From Camelus ferus (Eukaryota), in assembly GCF_009834535.1 (NCBI RefSeq), contig NC_045696.1:30444001-30508000 (forward strand): DNA of 64,000 nucleotides. The letters run 5' to 3'. The notes beneath the pieces were generated by a model. That model did no database searches. It had not been told where the DNA came from and was given only the letters and a program-made list of their open reading frames with translations. How positions within the stretch are numbered: the stretch's first letter is position 1; each line of letters starts with the position of its first letter. A program made the translations under genes and the position numbers. Below, piece by piece: positions 25,101-37,415 of this stretch.

Positions 25101-27529
25101 GGACCTACTGAATCCCTGCAGAAAAAAACTGTGCCATAATTATCAGACAACCAAATAAGTAATTCACCTTAATAATTTTTTAATATATCAAATGCCTGGT
25201 TCACAAATCACTTAATCATATTTTATGTACACTATTGTAATAAAACTTCTTATATGTGACAAAAGTGACTTGTGTCCCAATGTCATATAATTATTTCATA
25301 TTCACCAGACCTTAAATTTTCAGCACAAATCTATTTTGGGTTTCTCAATACTATCTTCACATCAGAGATAATTTTGTGAAAGCAAAGCACAGAAGTCTGG
25401 TTCTGATCTTAAGGCAAGTAGCGTGATACTTTGGCTCCTCTACTAACCCACTTACCAAACTAGCCTACTCTATTCACTGCTCCTTTTGCTGAAATTTTAT
25501 CTTAACATGGATTTATCTTTGTATGAGAGAGAAATATTTTTGAGGACAGTATATTAACATAGAAATATATCTCAAAATAGTGTCATGTAATAGTAACTCT
25601 CTTACTTACTTTTGGAAAATTAAATTTTTATTACACAACTTTAAATGGTAGCAGAAATGCACAGGTATTTTTATTTCCTTAATACATTCACTTAAAAATT
25701 AAAGTCTACTAATAGTACAATGATACTGCTACTATTTTCAACAGTAGTATAGCTGTCCCTGGATTGTGGAGAAAATAATCCTGAATATAAAAGATGAAAT
25801 TAAACATACATTGCAGAATTAAAGAGAATAAATATGAAAGGAATATTTAGAGAAAAATCCATTTTAATGAATAGTATATTTTTAATGTTAAGGAAAAATA
25901 TTTCATAGTAATTTTAAATTGCTATGAAAACTTTTGGCCTTTCAGTAGGAAAGGCAACGAGCAGAAATAGAGTCCAGAGAAGTGATTTTACCTGGCTTTA
26001 AAAATGGGATAAGCCTTTAAATGATTTAATTTCTTTATCCTCTTGCACTCCTTATTTCTATATGCATTTTCATACATCTCATTTCTTTTTACCGCTCCAA
26101 TTGGAACCTTAGATATGGGTTATAAAAGGAATGAGGGTACAAGTATGTTACATGAATATTGGATTGAATGAAGAAAGGGATTCCTAGTAAAATGGAATTG
26201 GTTCCCTGGCCTTATTTTCAGAAAGATCTCTTCCTTTTCCTTTCACTTTCATAACAGTCTTCAGCTACCATTCCTGTGAAATATCCATGCATTTCCCTGC
26301 TCAGTGAAACTTTCTTTAATCTCAGTATCTCCTCGCTGCTTTCCCATAATTGTGTTGATAAATATGGCAGATTAGTTCAAAGAGCTTATTTTTTTTAAAC
26401 ATACAAATTACGTTTCCTTAGGAGTTCAAATTAGTTTAGAATATGGAAACTAAGTTAGTTTCTCATCCAAGTCAGGAAATACTACATTCTCTTTAACTCT
26501 CTCTCTTGTCATTGGCTAACAATTAACTAAAAATGGACTTAGACAACACATTATTAGATTTGCATCCAAAACAGCTTGCAAGGAAATACATGTCTTTTCA
26601 GTGATGAATGGGAAGCCTTACATATTATACTGCCAAGGATTTACCATGTCATTTGCTGAAAAGCCAAATGTTGACATGGATCTTAATTGGTCCCCATCAA
26701 ATGCCATATCTTCTTGACATAAAATTGAGTTACGGCCATCGCCAGTCATCAGCACTCTAAATATTGTTGTAACATTGCTTTGCATTGGAGTTTAAAATTA
26801 AAGCAAATATGCAAGATGTGAAGTAGAAACAGTATAAGCCAGATTCAAGTTACTAAAGAATTCTGTGCTTGAGAACAAATATGACATACAGAATTGAGTG
26901 ACATCTTTCTTTAAAATTCTAAGAATAGTTATTATATTTCCAAGGCTAAAAAGTGGTTTCCTATGGTTCCAAGCTAGTAAATTTCCATGGTGAACACTGA
27001 GGAATTACAGAGGCAGATACTATTAAGTTAATGATGACAAATACGTTCTAATTTTTAGCACTTATCTTTAAATAAGTCAGTGACCCTATAGATTGCATTT
27101 TATTATTTCTAATAGTATTTACTTGCAGGAAAAAGATGAGTTTTTATAAAATGTCTTATAGAAAAAAAAAACAGGGAGAGGAAAAAAATCTATGTAGTAT
27201 CTCTCTCTTAAATAATAGGTGATTATATTCTGTCATTTTTGCTCCCAAAAAGATACTGAATCTGTGAGCCTATAAATAAACTCTGGGGTGTCTTAGCAGG
27301 CTTGTTTGTTGTACCAAGAAGATATCCCATGCAAAATCTTCTAGGTGAGAAAGATAAGATAGAAACTTTTGGGAAAAAAATGACCTTTTCATCTTCTAAT
27401 TCTTTGTTCTTTTCTATAATCAACATAGTTTAAAATCAAAGAAAAAAAATCAATAATTTTTCTTTATAAAGCATGTTTTATATAGAGTATAGGATTTCAT
27501 AACAGTAAGACCTAAATGACTTTGAACTG

Positions 27530-27718
27530 AACTGAGCTCTCATACTTAAGCTTATTTAATTCTTACAACACTTGTAATTATGCCCATATTTTATAGAAAA
27601 CATATTCTTCATTGAGGTTAATTAACTTTAATAAAATTACAGATTTAATAAATATTGAAGCTAAATTTCAAACCCAAGGCAACTTAAAATAAAAGCCTGT
27701 ACTCATTACCACGCTATC
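27530..27718 (-). mobile_element. MIR SINE
   Basis: cttatttaattcttacaac...tattttatagaa...gaggttaattaactt...ttcaaacccaaggca...aaagcctgtactcattaccac. Confidence 0.75.
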
Positions 27719-29186
27719 TAGTCACCCAAGATCTTATGTAATAGTGCAACTCCATCGGTCAACAGAAATGAGAATACCATTTACACTTAAGCTCTTGCTT
27801 CCCATAAAGAAAAGATGCTTGAATACATCAGCAAATATATATTTTTTTCTTATTTAAAGAAAAAGTATCTTGCCTAAGGCCACACAGCAAGTGACTGGCA
27901 AAACTTAAATGAAAATATGAAAGTAATTTAAACATATCTAACAGTGAATATTATAATTTATAATACACACACTATTTAAATCTCTCTCTCCTGCTGGGGG
28001 CATTTGATTAAAAAAAGACAAGGGAAAGTGTAATCAAATTATCTATTTAAACTACCTTGCCCTACAGAGTGTATAGATTTAATAACCTAATAGCAGATCC
28101 AGTGGAAAAATATGATCTATGATTTTTATAATGGAAAACCATTGCTGTTTTATTTTATGCTCCTCAGTGAAAAAAGGCAAAAGTTGAAACAGAAATAAAA
28201 AATCTAGTAACAATATAATTGCCTACTGGTATTTCTGTAGAAGTCATCCATCATGTTTTTTTTAAGAAATCACACATGAAACTTTCAGAAGGGAACTATA
28301 GCCTAATGTTCCCATCAAAGGAAAAGGTTAACTCTTACCTCATAGGATTTTACTGCAGGCACACCACAGCAAGCAGAGAATCTGGCAGAAAAGAAGTAGC
28401 AATATATTTGTAAGGAGAGATTTACTTTATTTCATGTCTTTGTTTATTTAACGTCTCAGGTGATATATGGCATTTGCTTGACAGCATCCAATTTTTGTGT
28501 GTCATTGAAAATGAAGAAAGTATCCATTTATCAATTTTCTTTTCTCTGTTTCCCTGGGACATGGAAGAACAATATACCCTATTTTTTCTCTTTAGGATTC
28601 TTCACACTTCTTTTGCACTCATGTAACTCTTGTGTTCTACCAGTAACTCTTCCTCTTTTGGAAGGTTATCTATTATTACCTCCCGTTCCTGTAATAGTCT
28701 TATGTTTTGGTCTTAGTCTGATAACTCTTAATGTGTTTAAATGCTTAATATTCTTATATGTCATTTTCTCTCTATTGAAAAGGATATATCACACTGAAAA
28801 ACTAAATGTCTAATAAAAGTTTTATTTCCCCTGGAAAAAAATGACATACCAGGTTAGCCTAAAAGAAGTCAAGTTAAATGACATCCCTACCACCTTGACA
28901 AAATAGAAAATTATTTACTCTATATATACTAATAATATTCTCCAAATGAACTCAAATGGTGATAAATCAAAGATGTCACATAAATAAGTTCCTCATTTAT
29001 ATCCTTATCAAACTCAACACTGGAAGAGTAGTAAATTAAAGATGTCACAGAATTATGTTCCTTGTTTCTATCTTTACCAAGAGCAACACTGAAAATTACA
29101 ATATAATCTTCTCCCAAGTGTTCAGAATTTTGGGAAAATTCATAGCCTGAGAAAAGGAGTCCTGCATAAAAGATAACCATGGAAAT

Positions 29187-29642
29187 CTTGGTTATTCTCA
29201 GCCATAAAAAATAATAAAATAATGCCACCTGCAGCAACAGGGATGGACCTGGAGATTGCCATTCTAAGTGAAGTAAGCCAGAAAGAGAAAGAATCACTTA
29301 TATGTGGAATCTGAAAGAAAAAAAAAAAGCCAAATGAACTTATTTACAAAATAGAAACAGACTCACAGACATAGAAAACAAACTTATGGTTACTGGTGAG
29401 GGGGGGAGAGTGGGAAGGAATAAATTGGGAGTTTTAGATTTGCAGATACTAACTAATATATATAAACTAGATAAACCAAAGTTCATACTGTATAGCACAG
29501 GAAACTATATTCAATATCTTGTAATAACTTATGGTGAAAAAGAATATGAAAACGAGTATCAGTATGTTCATTATGACTGAAGCATTATGCTGTACACCAG
29601 AAATTGACACAACATTGTAAACTGACTACACTTTAATTATGT

Positions 29643-29704
<62 letters not shown>
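29187..29704 (+). mobile_element. Young lineage-specific L1 3' end (camelid-type), 5'-truncated
   Basis: ctcagccataaaa...gcagcaacagggatggacctggagatt...ctgtatagcacagg...tgctgtacaccagaaattgacacaacattgtaaactgac. The 15-bp TSD GATAAC(C/A)ATGGAAAT sits at 29172-29186 and 29705-29719. Confidence 0.92.
29640..29704. repeat. Compound microsatellite (TG)n(TA)n
   Basis: Directly visible, and it occupies the L1 tail position. Confidence 0.97.
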
Positions 29705-30148
29705 GATAACAATGGAAATGATTCCTGGCAGTGGCAGATATGACGTGGAGTTAACAAAGCTCAATCTCTGTGTGTGTTTACATGATCATATATTGCTAAC
29801 AGATATCTGGCAAAAGTACATTTGCAAAATTTACAATGTATGATATTTTAGATTGTTTTCTTAAGTAGTACCCTCAAGTTGTACAAAATCTAGCCCCTCA
29901 AATTCTGGTTCCACACTTGATTCCTTGACATATAATCTAGGATATGAAAATAAAATGTTCCAGTAATATACCAACAACATCATACAGTCTTGGTAATAAA
30001 AAAGGCATTAAAGCTCATCCATTCAACCTCATAATAAAATGATTTGAAATCCTTAAATTATGTTGGTATTTAAATTACTCATACAGTGCTACTTCAGTAC
30101 TTTTTGAATAACATCATGCCTTTTCCTCTTAAATTGGCAATTAAAATA

Positions 30149-31070
30149 TTTTAAATAAACTTTGTTAAAGCATAAATTAGATAAAATATAATGATCCCAT
30201 ATTTAAGAGTATATTTCCATGATTTTTGACTAATTTATACACTGACATAACCACATTTACATTCAAGATATGGAGAATGACTAACCCCATGAGAACGTAA
30301 TGACTTTGCTAACATGCTCACTAGAAAAACTGGTGAAATTAAAAAAAAAAATCATTTAAAAAAGTCTCTGGAAATGGCCCTAAAGACACACAGCAAATGA
30401 AGAAAAAAATCTATTCAAGAAAATCTACTAAAACTCAAGAGGAACTGTTATGTTTTCTAAACCAAGACTGCACCCTCCCTCCCTATAAAACTGACTACAA
30501 ACACAATTGCTCATATCTGTGATACACTAAAAAATATTGGATTATATACTTTATTTTATTTTGGATTATACACTTTACACATGTGACCTGTATGAGATGA
30601 AAGCTATACCTCAGTAGAGGTGTTATATAAATGTTATGGAATATTTCACAAAATATTTCCCTAGGTCACACGCTCACTTTGCTCCAGGCAATCACTGATC
30701 TTCTGTCTTACATTATAGACTGATTTGTATTTTCTAAAATGACATATGTGTCACATCATAGAGGAAGTACTATTTTGTTTCCAGCTTCTTTTGTTCAGGA
30801 TAATGTGTTTGAGATTCACCCATATCCTGTACGTTGCCAGTCTGTTGCTTTTTGTTGGTAAACAGTAGTGTTACATTGATGGGTACATATCACATTTGTT
30901 TATCCACTCTCTTGTTGAACATTTGGGTTGGTTTTAGTTTGGAATTTTACAAATAAATCTTCCCTGAACATTTGTATGCAAGATTTTGTGTGGAAATATG
31001 TTTTCATTTCTCTTGGTAAATACTTAAGAGTATAATTGTTGGATTCTATGATAAGTATACTTGTCAATAC
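30149..31070 (-). mobile_element. L1ME-type 3' end with ORF2 C-terminal remnant, split by a plus-strand L1
   Basis: ccaggcaatcactgatcttctg...ttgagattcacc...; ORF 30900-31088 (YLPREMKTYFHTKSCIQMF) resembles the L1 ORF2p C-terminus. Confidence 0.8.
30279..30630 (+). mobile_element. Collapsed L1 (L1M4-type 5' end fused to L1MB-type 3' end)
   Basis: aagtctctggaaatggccctaaagacacacagcaaatgaagaaa...ttcaagaaaatctactaaa (5'UTR), then ttatacacttta...tatacctcagtagaggtgtt (3' end). Degenerate TSD aagatatgga/atgttatgga. Confidence 0.65.
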
Positions 31071-31081
31071 AACATAATACA

Positions 31082-31310
31082 GTAACAAAAACTATTTGCT
31101 ATTTACTATGTACCAAGCATTATTTTAATCTCTTTATGTGTACTAATTCATATAATCCTCACACAACCTGGGGCACAGAATCCTAATAGAAATGACTTGA
31201 AATGGACATTTAATATACACATATATATGGAAAAGTTATAAGCTATTTTAATAATTTATCTATTATATTCTTATCCCCATTTTTTACCTGAGGAGTCTGG
31301 AACACAGTTA
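31082..31310 (-). mobile_element. MIR SINE, interrupted
   Basis: tttactatgtaccaagcatt...taatcctcacacaacc and ttatccccattttttacctgaggagtctg. Confidence 0.7.
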
Positions 31311-31899
31311 ATTCATAGAAATGCATGTTGTTATTCATTGATTACTATAGTGTAAACACACATAGTGAAATTTCAAAATGCTATGATACAGTGTAATATT
31401 GGTTTTTATTGAGAATAGAAATCCAAGTATTTTCTTTACATGAAATGATCACTGGGAGAAAAAAAGAAGTGTTCAAAATGTGAGGACCAATTTTATTTAT
31501 ATTTGTGAAACTGGATGATAAATTTTGATCCCTTCAAGGCTCTCTCTTCTGAAGCTTGATTTATTATCATCCCTCTCGCTTTGGTATCTACAATCTGTCC
31601 TCCACTTATTTCTTCTTCTCAAGTTACTTTTATACTCAAGAAACTTTTATCCTTAACAACAACAATAACAATCATAATAATAACACTACTTTTTCTCTAC
31701 ACTAGAATACAACAAACTAACATGATTTTTAAACTCTTGATGTTACATTTCAAAAGGGATCATATCCTTTGTTTTCTTCATATTTCTGTTGCTAATGTAC
31801 AACACCTACCACCGACTGTAATGAGAGTACTCAGAAAGGGTTCACCAATCATTTCCTCAATTACCACCCCACTATTCATTCTCTACGTACTTAAAAGCT

Positions 31900-32690
31900 C
31901 TTAAGAGTTCTGTTTTCTAACACTCATTTCTTCTCTCTAGATTTTCTTCATAATTATACCCATCCGCAAAGTGTTATGCAATTATTATTATACACAAAAG
32001 TCTGACAAATATATTATTAGAGCCTGCTTTAGGATATGGACTGTATTTTCAACTGTCTACTTGCATCTCCACCTAAACTTATAGCTGGTCATTCAAATTC
32101 AGTGCATGAGAAGACCAGTTGTTCCATCTTGCCAATTCCTCAGCCAAACATTATTGATGATAATGATGATGAAGATGTAGATGCTGATTGACAAAGATTC
32201 AAAACAAACGTGCTACTCCTTCTCTGTCTCCTCTTCAATTAGCAGTGTTACCGTTAAGACAATTTGCTAAGTCATGTGAATTTCTCTAGTCCTTGCCTTC
32301 TCTTTTTTTTCTCCCCAGATGTTTCTTTAGTAATGAGCTGTCTTCCTTGTTCCTGAAATAATGCCTTATGTTTGATGTTAAGACAACTCTGCTTTTCCTC
32401 TCTCTCTGCTCCAATTGCCTTTGGAGTAAAAACCAAAGTTCTTAGCCCAGAATATGAGATCTCCCATCATCAAGAGCTAACCTACCTTTGTAACTTCTTA
32501 TCCCGTGCTTTCTCCAGCCTCACTATGTTGTAGACCACACGATATGCAAGAGGCCTTCAATAAAACTAATGATGCATTTATTTCCTTTTCAAAAGCACTT
32601 TTCCACTCCTTGTAGACCAGATGAAGAACTATTTGGAAAATATTCTTCTTATCTGACACAAGGTAGACATTCAACAAATAATTACTGATA
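31900..32690 (+). mobile_element. L2 LINE fragments
   Basis: ttcaactgtctacttgcatctccacct...; cttggagtaaaaaccaaagttctt; tail gtagacattcaacaaata. Confidence 0.6.
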
Positions 32691-32728
32691 TGGGAAGATT
32701 AAGTTTTAAGCCATAATTTCTGTAAATC

Positions 32729-33206
32729 TCTGGCAGCCATGGAGATGCATTGCACAGAACTCTCTTCAAGAGATAACCTGCTGCACAAAGTGCAGTTAGC
32801 CAACAGCCTTCAGTTGCAGTGCTCTGGGGACTCACCACAGCATTTGGGGTGAAGTCACCCTCTCCCTAAACAGTTTCTACTCAGTGACTGCACACAGCAG
32901 AGGTTCTAGTGTCTGGCCGTTTTTCCCCATCACAGGGCACTCATGGACAGTCTTTGCAATGGAGCAACTTATTAGGATGGTTGGGGCTTTCTCAGGGATA
33001 CAGTCAAGTCTGAAGGTCTTCTCATTCAATCATCCTTCCTTCCTCCTTTACTGAACAGTGGTCAGATCTTCACAGTCTGAAACTCCCTCTGACAATTCCT
33101 ACTCCCTCTACCCTAGCTTTCACTGGTGTCTTCCTCAAGAAATCTCCTGCCTTTCTAATTTAAGTCCTTCTTGATGTTTACTTCATTGAGATCCCAGACT
33201 GATACA
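32729..33206 (+). mobile_element. LTR33-like ERVL solo LTR
   Basis: ggcagccatggagatgc...ctctcttcaagaga...gtgcagttagccaacagccttcagttgcag...cccagactgataca. Confidence 0.82.
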
Positions 33207-34540
33207 AAAGTCTTTATTAATTTCCAAATCAAAAAGTCCTTCTACTCATAGAATTTTGTATGTAACTCTATTCTATCTTTTCCAAATAGAGTCTAAAATT
33301 TTAGGTTGCTCTTTTCACTAGGATGCAAACTGTGTCATTGGTACCATAAGTAAATGCTTATTAAATGAATTTAATTATTCATTCATGGTTTCAAATTTAT
33401 CACAAAAATGCATTATATCTGTACATAGATTTTTGTATGCACACATATACATACACATCAATCTGATTAAAATCATATTTAACTTCTCATTCAGGGAAAT
33501 TTTCTGAAACATCTGCCATTTTCATATTCCAGATATAATAAATATTGTATAGATTGTGTTTTAAGCATTCCACAGTACTCATGGAAATTTAGTCCTTTGG
33601 GCCGAAAAGAATTCTCCCATCTCTTCATTTTCAAGTCAGAGGGTAATCATGACTATTCCTTTAAACCACACCGAGAACAAATACACTGACATTAACAAGG
33701 TTAAACATGAACTCAAGAAGTGTTGAAAACTAGAGGATAGCTGTCGTGTAGCTTTATACTCTTGACCAGTCTAACTGATGATACTAACTAGCCATGAATA
33801 GAACCTGAGCAATTTAATTAATGAAGTTATGAGTCATTCTGGAAACAACTGGGGCAAAGCTAGACTAATAACATGTAAGTTTGCAAAGTGATGTGATTTC
33901 AACAACGTTGCATTTTTAATACGACTGCTCTTTACACAACTGAATTCTAAACTGAAAATGCGTATGTATTCATTTGCTAGCCTTCATAATTCCTAAAATA
34001 AGTTCTTATGGAGATAAATTAATTCCAAACTATAATAAAAATCAGCGAAGAATTACAATGCTCCCTTCAAAAGACCACCTACTTTTGAAAATGTATAATT
34101 CATTTGCATTTCAGTTTCTCAGCTTAAACCTTAAATAAATGTTATTCACATTTACTCTCTGTGTCTTCTTTACATAATCATGACAGACACAAAGATATCA
34201 CACCACATTTTTTCTGTGTGATTTGGTATTACTTCTGACAGTAGCTCTGAAATGTTGCCACCTTTTAGCTAAAAATTTCTGCGAATCTGCTAATATTTTT
34301 CAGCTTGTCAATACAATTTCAATGTGATCACTGTTTATCAAATAGAAGAAGGAATAAAAACAAAATGGAAGACATATCATATATGCTTAATGAACTTGAA
34401 ACTAATTGAAAGGAGAATAAAATTGTGTATGAGACAAAAGAACACAAAAATTGAAGCAATATATTCTCAGAATGAACATGATCTACATCTACAAATGCTT
34501 TGTTCAATGAAGAAAACATTGTTGTGCAACCTCTGGGAAC

Positions 34541-35064
34541 TGTCGACAAAAATAATCAATAAACAATCAATAAGAAAAATAAAAGAGTTTTATTTGACCC
34601 AAGCTGAGGATTATGGCTCAGAAGCCAGTTTCCCAGATTACTCTGGGAAACTTTTCTCAGATTACTCTGAGAAACTTCTCTGGAGAAGCATAGTTTTCAG
34701 CACAGTTTTATATGTTGTCAGAACAAAGAATATTAAAAAAAAAAACTCATGAATACATTTCTTCAAGGTTTCAAAAAAACAGACTAGCATATACCCAGCG
34801 AGTCAGTATGGCCTTGGCACCCCAGAAGGAAGTCTTATCATCAAAGGTGTACCAGCATTGGCATCCCAGGAAGAGAGACATTTGGACAAGGACATTCTTT
34901 ACTTCTGGTCAATGTGCCCTTTTCTTTAATAATTAAAGCAGATGTACAAGGTATGTTCAATAGACCACAAACAGGCTGCTTTACTTAGCATGAAATTCAG
35001 GTTAACTCAGGTATACACCAGAATGACTTCTCTGTACCTCAATATGTGAAATTTTCTTTTATCA
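34541..35064 (-). mobile_element. ERV1 solo LTR, MER41-related
   Basis: TG...CA ends and a perfect 4-bp TSD GAAC at 34537-34540 and 35065-35068. The minus-strand poly(A) signal (tttatt near 34589) and R region are homologous to the LTR at 3885. Confidence 0.88.
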
Positions 35065-35488
35065 GAACATACGGTAAGTATGTGTTCTGGATGAAGACTT
35101 TACAGATAGGATTAACAGAAATAAGAAGGGAATGATAAAAAAAATAGGATGAAAATAAGAATTATTGTGATATGTGTGGAAATAAAGATAAAAGTAAAGA
35201 CAGCTAAACAAAAGTATAATTAAAAGCACTGGACATCAAAATAAAGAATCATATTTACAAGAATAAAAATGGGAATTAAAGAATTTAAAGAATGTAAAGA
35301 ATTAAAAGGGAAATGCAGAGCTTGGAGAAAAAGGTATAACAGGGCTAACATATATAAAAAAGATATGTTTAGAAGTCAAGAAGAAAAATATCAACTCTCT
35401 AACAAAACAGTAAAAAAATAACCATAAAGCATTCACGGAAAAAGTACAAATTGGGAGTAAAATATGCTGAATATTCAACTTTACTGGT

Positions 35489-36488
35489 ATTAGGAAGGAA
35501 AACAATGTCCCTCCCCAAAGATGTCCACATTGCCATCTCTGGGACCTGCGATTATGTTGTGCTTTGGGGTAAAGGGTGACAGAATTTGCCACCCTAAAAT
35601 ATGCCCCTTTGGCATGAGAATTACTTGGAGCTAAAGGCACTTAGAAAACAGCAGGTGCAAGAAGGGTGCTTGACTTCTCTTTTTCCTTCCTAAAAGCAGG
35701 AGATAAAATTCTTGTGAGAATGATGCCCTCTTGGTACCAAAAAGAAAGAAACATTCTTATCACCAGAGCTCGGGAGTTGAGGCCCAGAAAATTCTGTACT
35801 AATGTACATTGTTAAAATAACTTTTATCTTGCTTCAGTCTCCTGACATGTTTAATTACTTCCCGGCAGTTGCCTCTTTGTTCAACCTAATATATAAGCAC
35901 TTGGGTTTTGCCATTCCTTTGCGTCTTTATTTCCTTAGGAAGGCTCCCATGTCATGTGAAACTTCTATTAAATGTATTTGCATACTTTCCTTCTGGTGAC
36001 TTGTATTATGTCAATTGAATTCTCAGGCCCAGCTGAAGATGTTAAAAAGGTAGAGGTACCTTTATGTCTCCCCTACAAAGGTAAGGGGATATTAAGATTG
36101 CTGATGGAATTAAGGATTCTAATTGGCCTTAAAATAAGGAGATAGTCCTGGATTCTGTGGGTGAGCCCAGTACAACCCCGAGGATCTTTCAAAGATGGAA
36201 GAGAAAGGCAGAGTCAGAATGACGTGCTGTGAGAAAACTAAAAGGACTTTGAAGGTGGATGTGGACATGAGGCCAGAAAAGTGGGGACCCCCAGAAGTTG
36301 GAAAAGTCATAGAAATGGATTCTCCTCTACCTAGACCCTCCAGAAGGAATGCAGCTCTATAACACCTTGATTTAAGCCTAATGAGGCCCATTTCAAAATT
36401 CTGGCTCCCAGAATTAGAAGATAATACATTTCTATTAAGTTACCAGGTTTGTGGTCATCTGTTAACAGCAGCAATAGAAAACATTAAT
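35489..36488 (+). mobile_element. MaLR LTR MLT1D-like, split by a MER34-like LTR
   Basis: ccccaaagatgtccac...; resumes ggagatagtcctggatt...ccagaaggaatgcagc...cagcagcaatagaaaac. Confidence 0.85.
35570..36077 (+). mobile_element. MER34A-like ERV1 solo LTR
   Basis: cagaatttgccaccctaaaatatgcccctttggcatgagaattacttggagctaaaggca...ctcccctaca. Confidence 0.85.
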
Positions 36489-36929
36489 AATGAAATGAAA
36501 TCAAATTAGAAAAAAAAGAAACAAAATCAAAACCAATGAATGAAATCAAATTAAAACATTCATTGGATAAATTTTCTCAGTTTGGCAAGGATAAAATAAA
36601 TAGTAGCTCACTATGTGCATTAGAAGGGCTGTATTCTCTTATGCTACAAGTGGATATGTAGAGACTGGTGCACATATTCTGGAAGGTAATTTTGCAGTAT
36701 ATATCAAAATGTTTAAGAATAGCTGTTTCTTTTAATTATTGGTTCATTAATTCTGATGTAAGATCTTTTTATCTTAGACAAAACTGAATATTAACACTTT
36801 TACAGATATTCTTGGCCTTTCAGAAATGAAATAAGGCATAGGTTTAATATACTTAGAGTTTAATCAAATAAAGAAATACTATGCATTCACTAAAACATCC
36901 TTTTCTAAAAGAATATCTAATAATGATAG

Positions 36930-37335
36930 AGCAGACACACTCCTCAGACTTCATCAGTTTTCTACCACCAGCATCTACATCACAGCCTGAAGCCAGAGAG
37001 AGTCTCCCTTTGCCTCTAGGGGTTAGGCCAGAGGGGTGGGAAATTACCCTCTAGGAGCAATGCTGGACCAACTATTGGTGGGAGGTGGAGTATAAATACC
37101 TACTATGCTTTTTTTCCCCTGGCGATGTAGCAGAGGAGTGAGTTCTCTCCCATCACCTCCAGTGTCCTCAGGGATCTAAGCTGCAGGCGCCCCCAGTGGT
37201 GGCTGCACGCTGTGTTTGCTGCTGGACCTTCCCTGTCTCACTTCTCCATTCCCAACCAGCTGGTATTTCTTTCTCCTTCAGAAAAAAACCCCAAAACTAC
37301 TTAATTTTGAATCCTTACAAAGTACTACAAAGTCC
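36930..37335 (+). mobile_element. LTR16-like ERVL LTR
   Basis: ggccagaggggtgggaaattaccc...ggaggtggagtataaatacc...ccttccctgtctcacttctccattccc. Confidence 0.75.
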
Positions 37336-37369
37336 CACACATGGAATTGTTTCAGTTTGTATTCAAAAT

Positions 37370-37415
37370 GTAAATATATAAAGAGAGAAGTAAATATATA
37401 AAGAGAGAAGTAAAT
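37370..37415. repeat. Perfect 20-bp tandem duplication (2.3 copies)
   Basis: gtaaatatataaagagagaa twice, plus gtaaat. Confidence 0.97.

Noticed and set aside
28460..28813. 117-aa hydrophobic ORF
   Set aside because: The F/L/I richness just reflects T-rich DNA.
34324..34752. Longest ORF (142 aa)
   Set aside because: It crosses the junction between decayed flank and the antisense LTR at 34541, starts at GTG and has no recognisable domain.
37184..37204. CTCF-like ggcgcccccagtggtggc in LTR16
   Set aside because: Only the GGGGGCGC half fits; spacing to the CCAC half is wrong.
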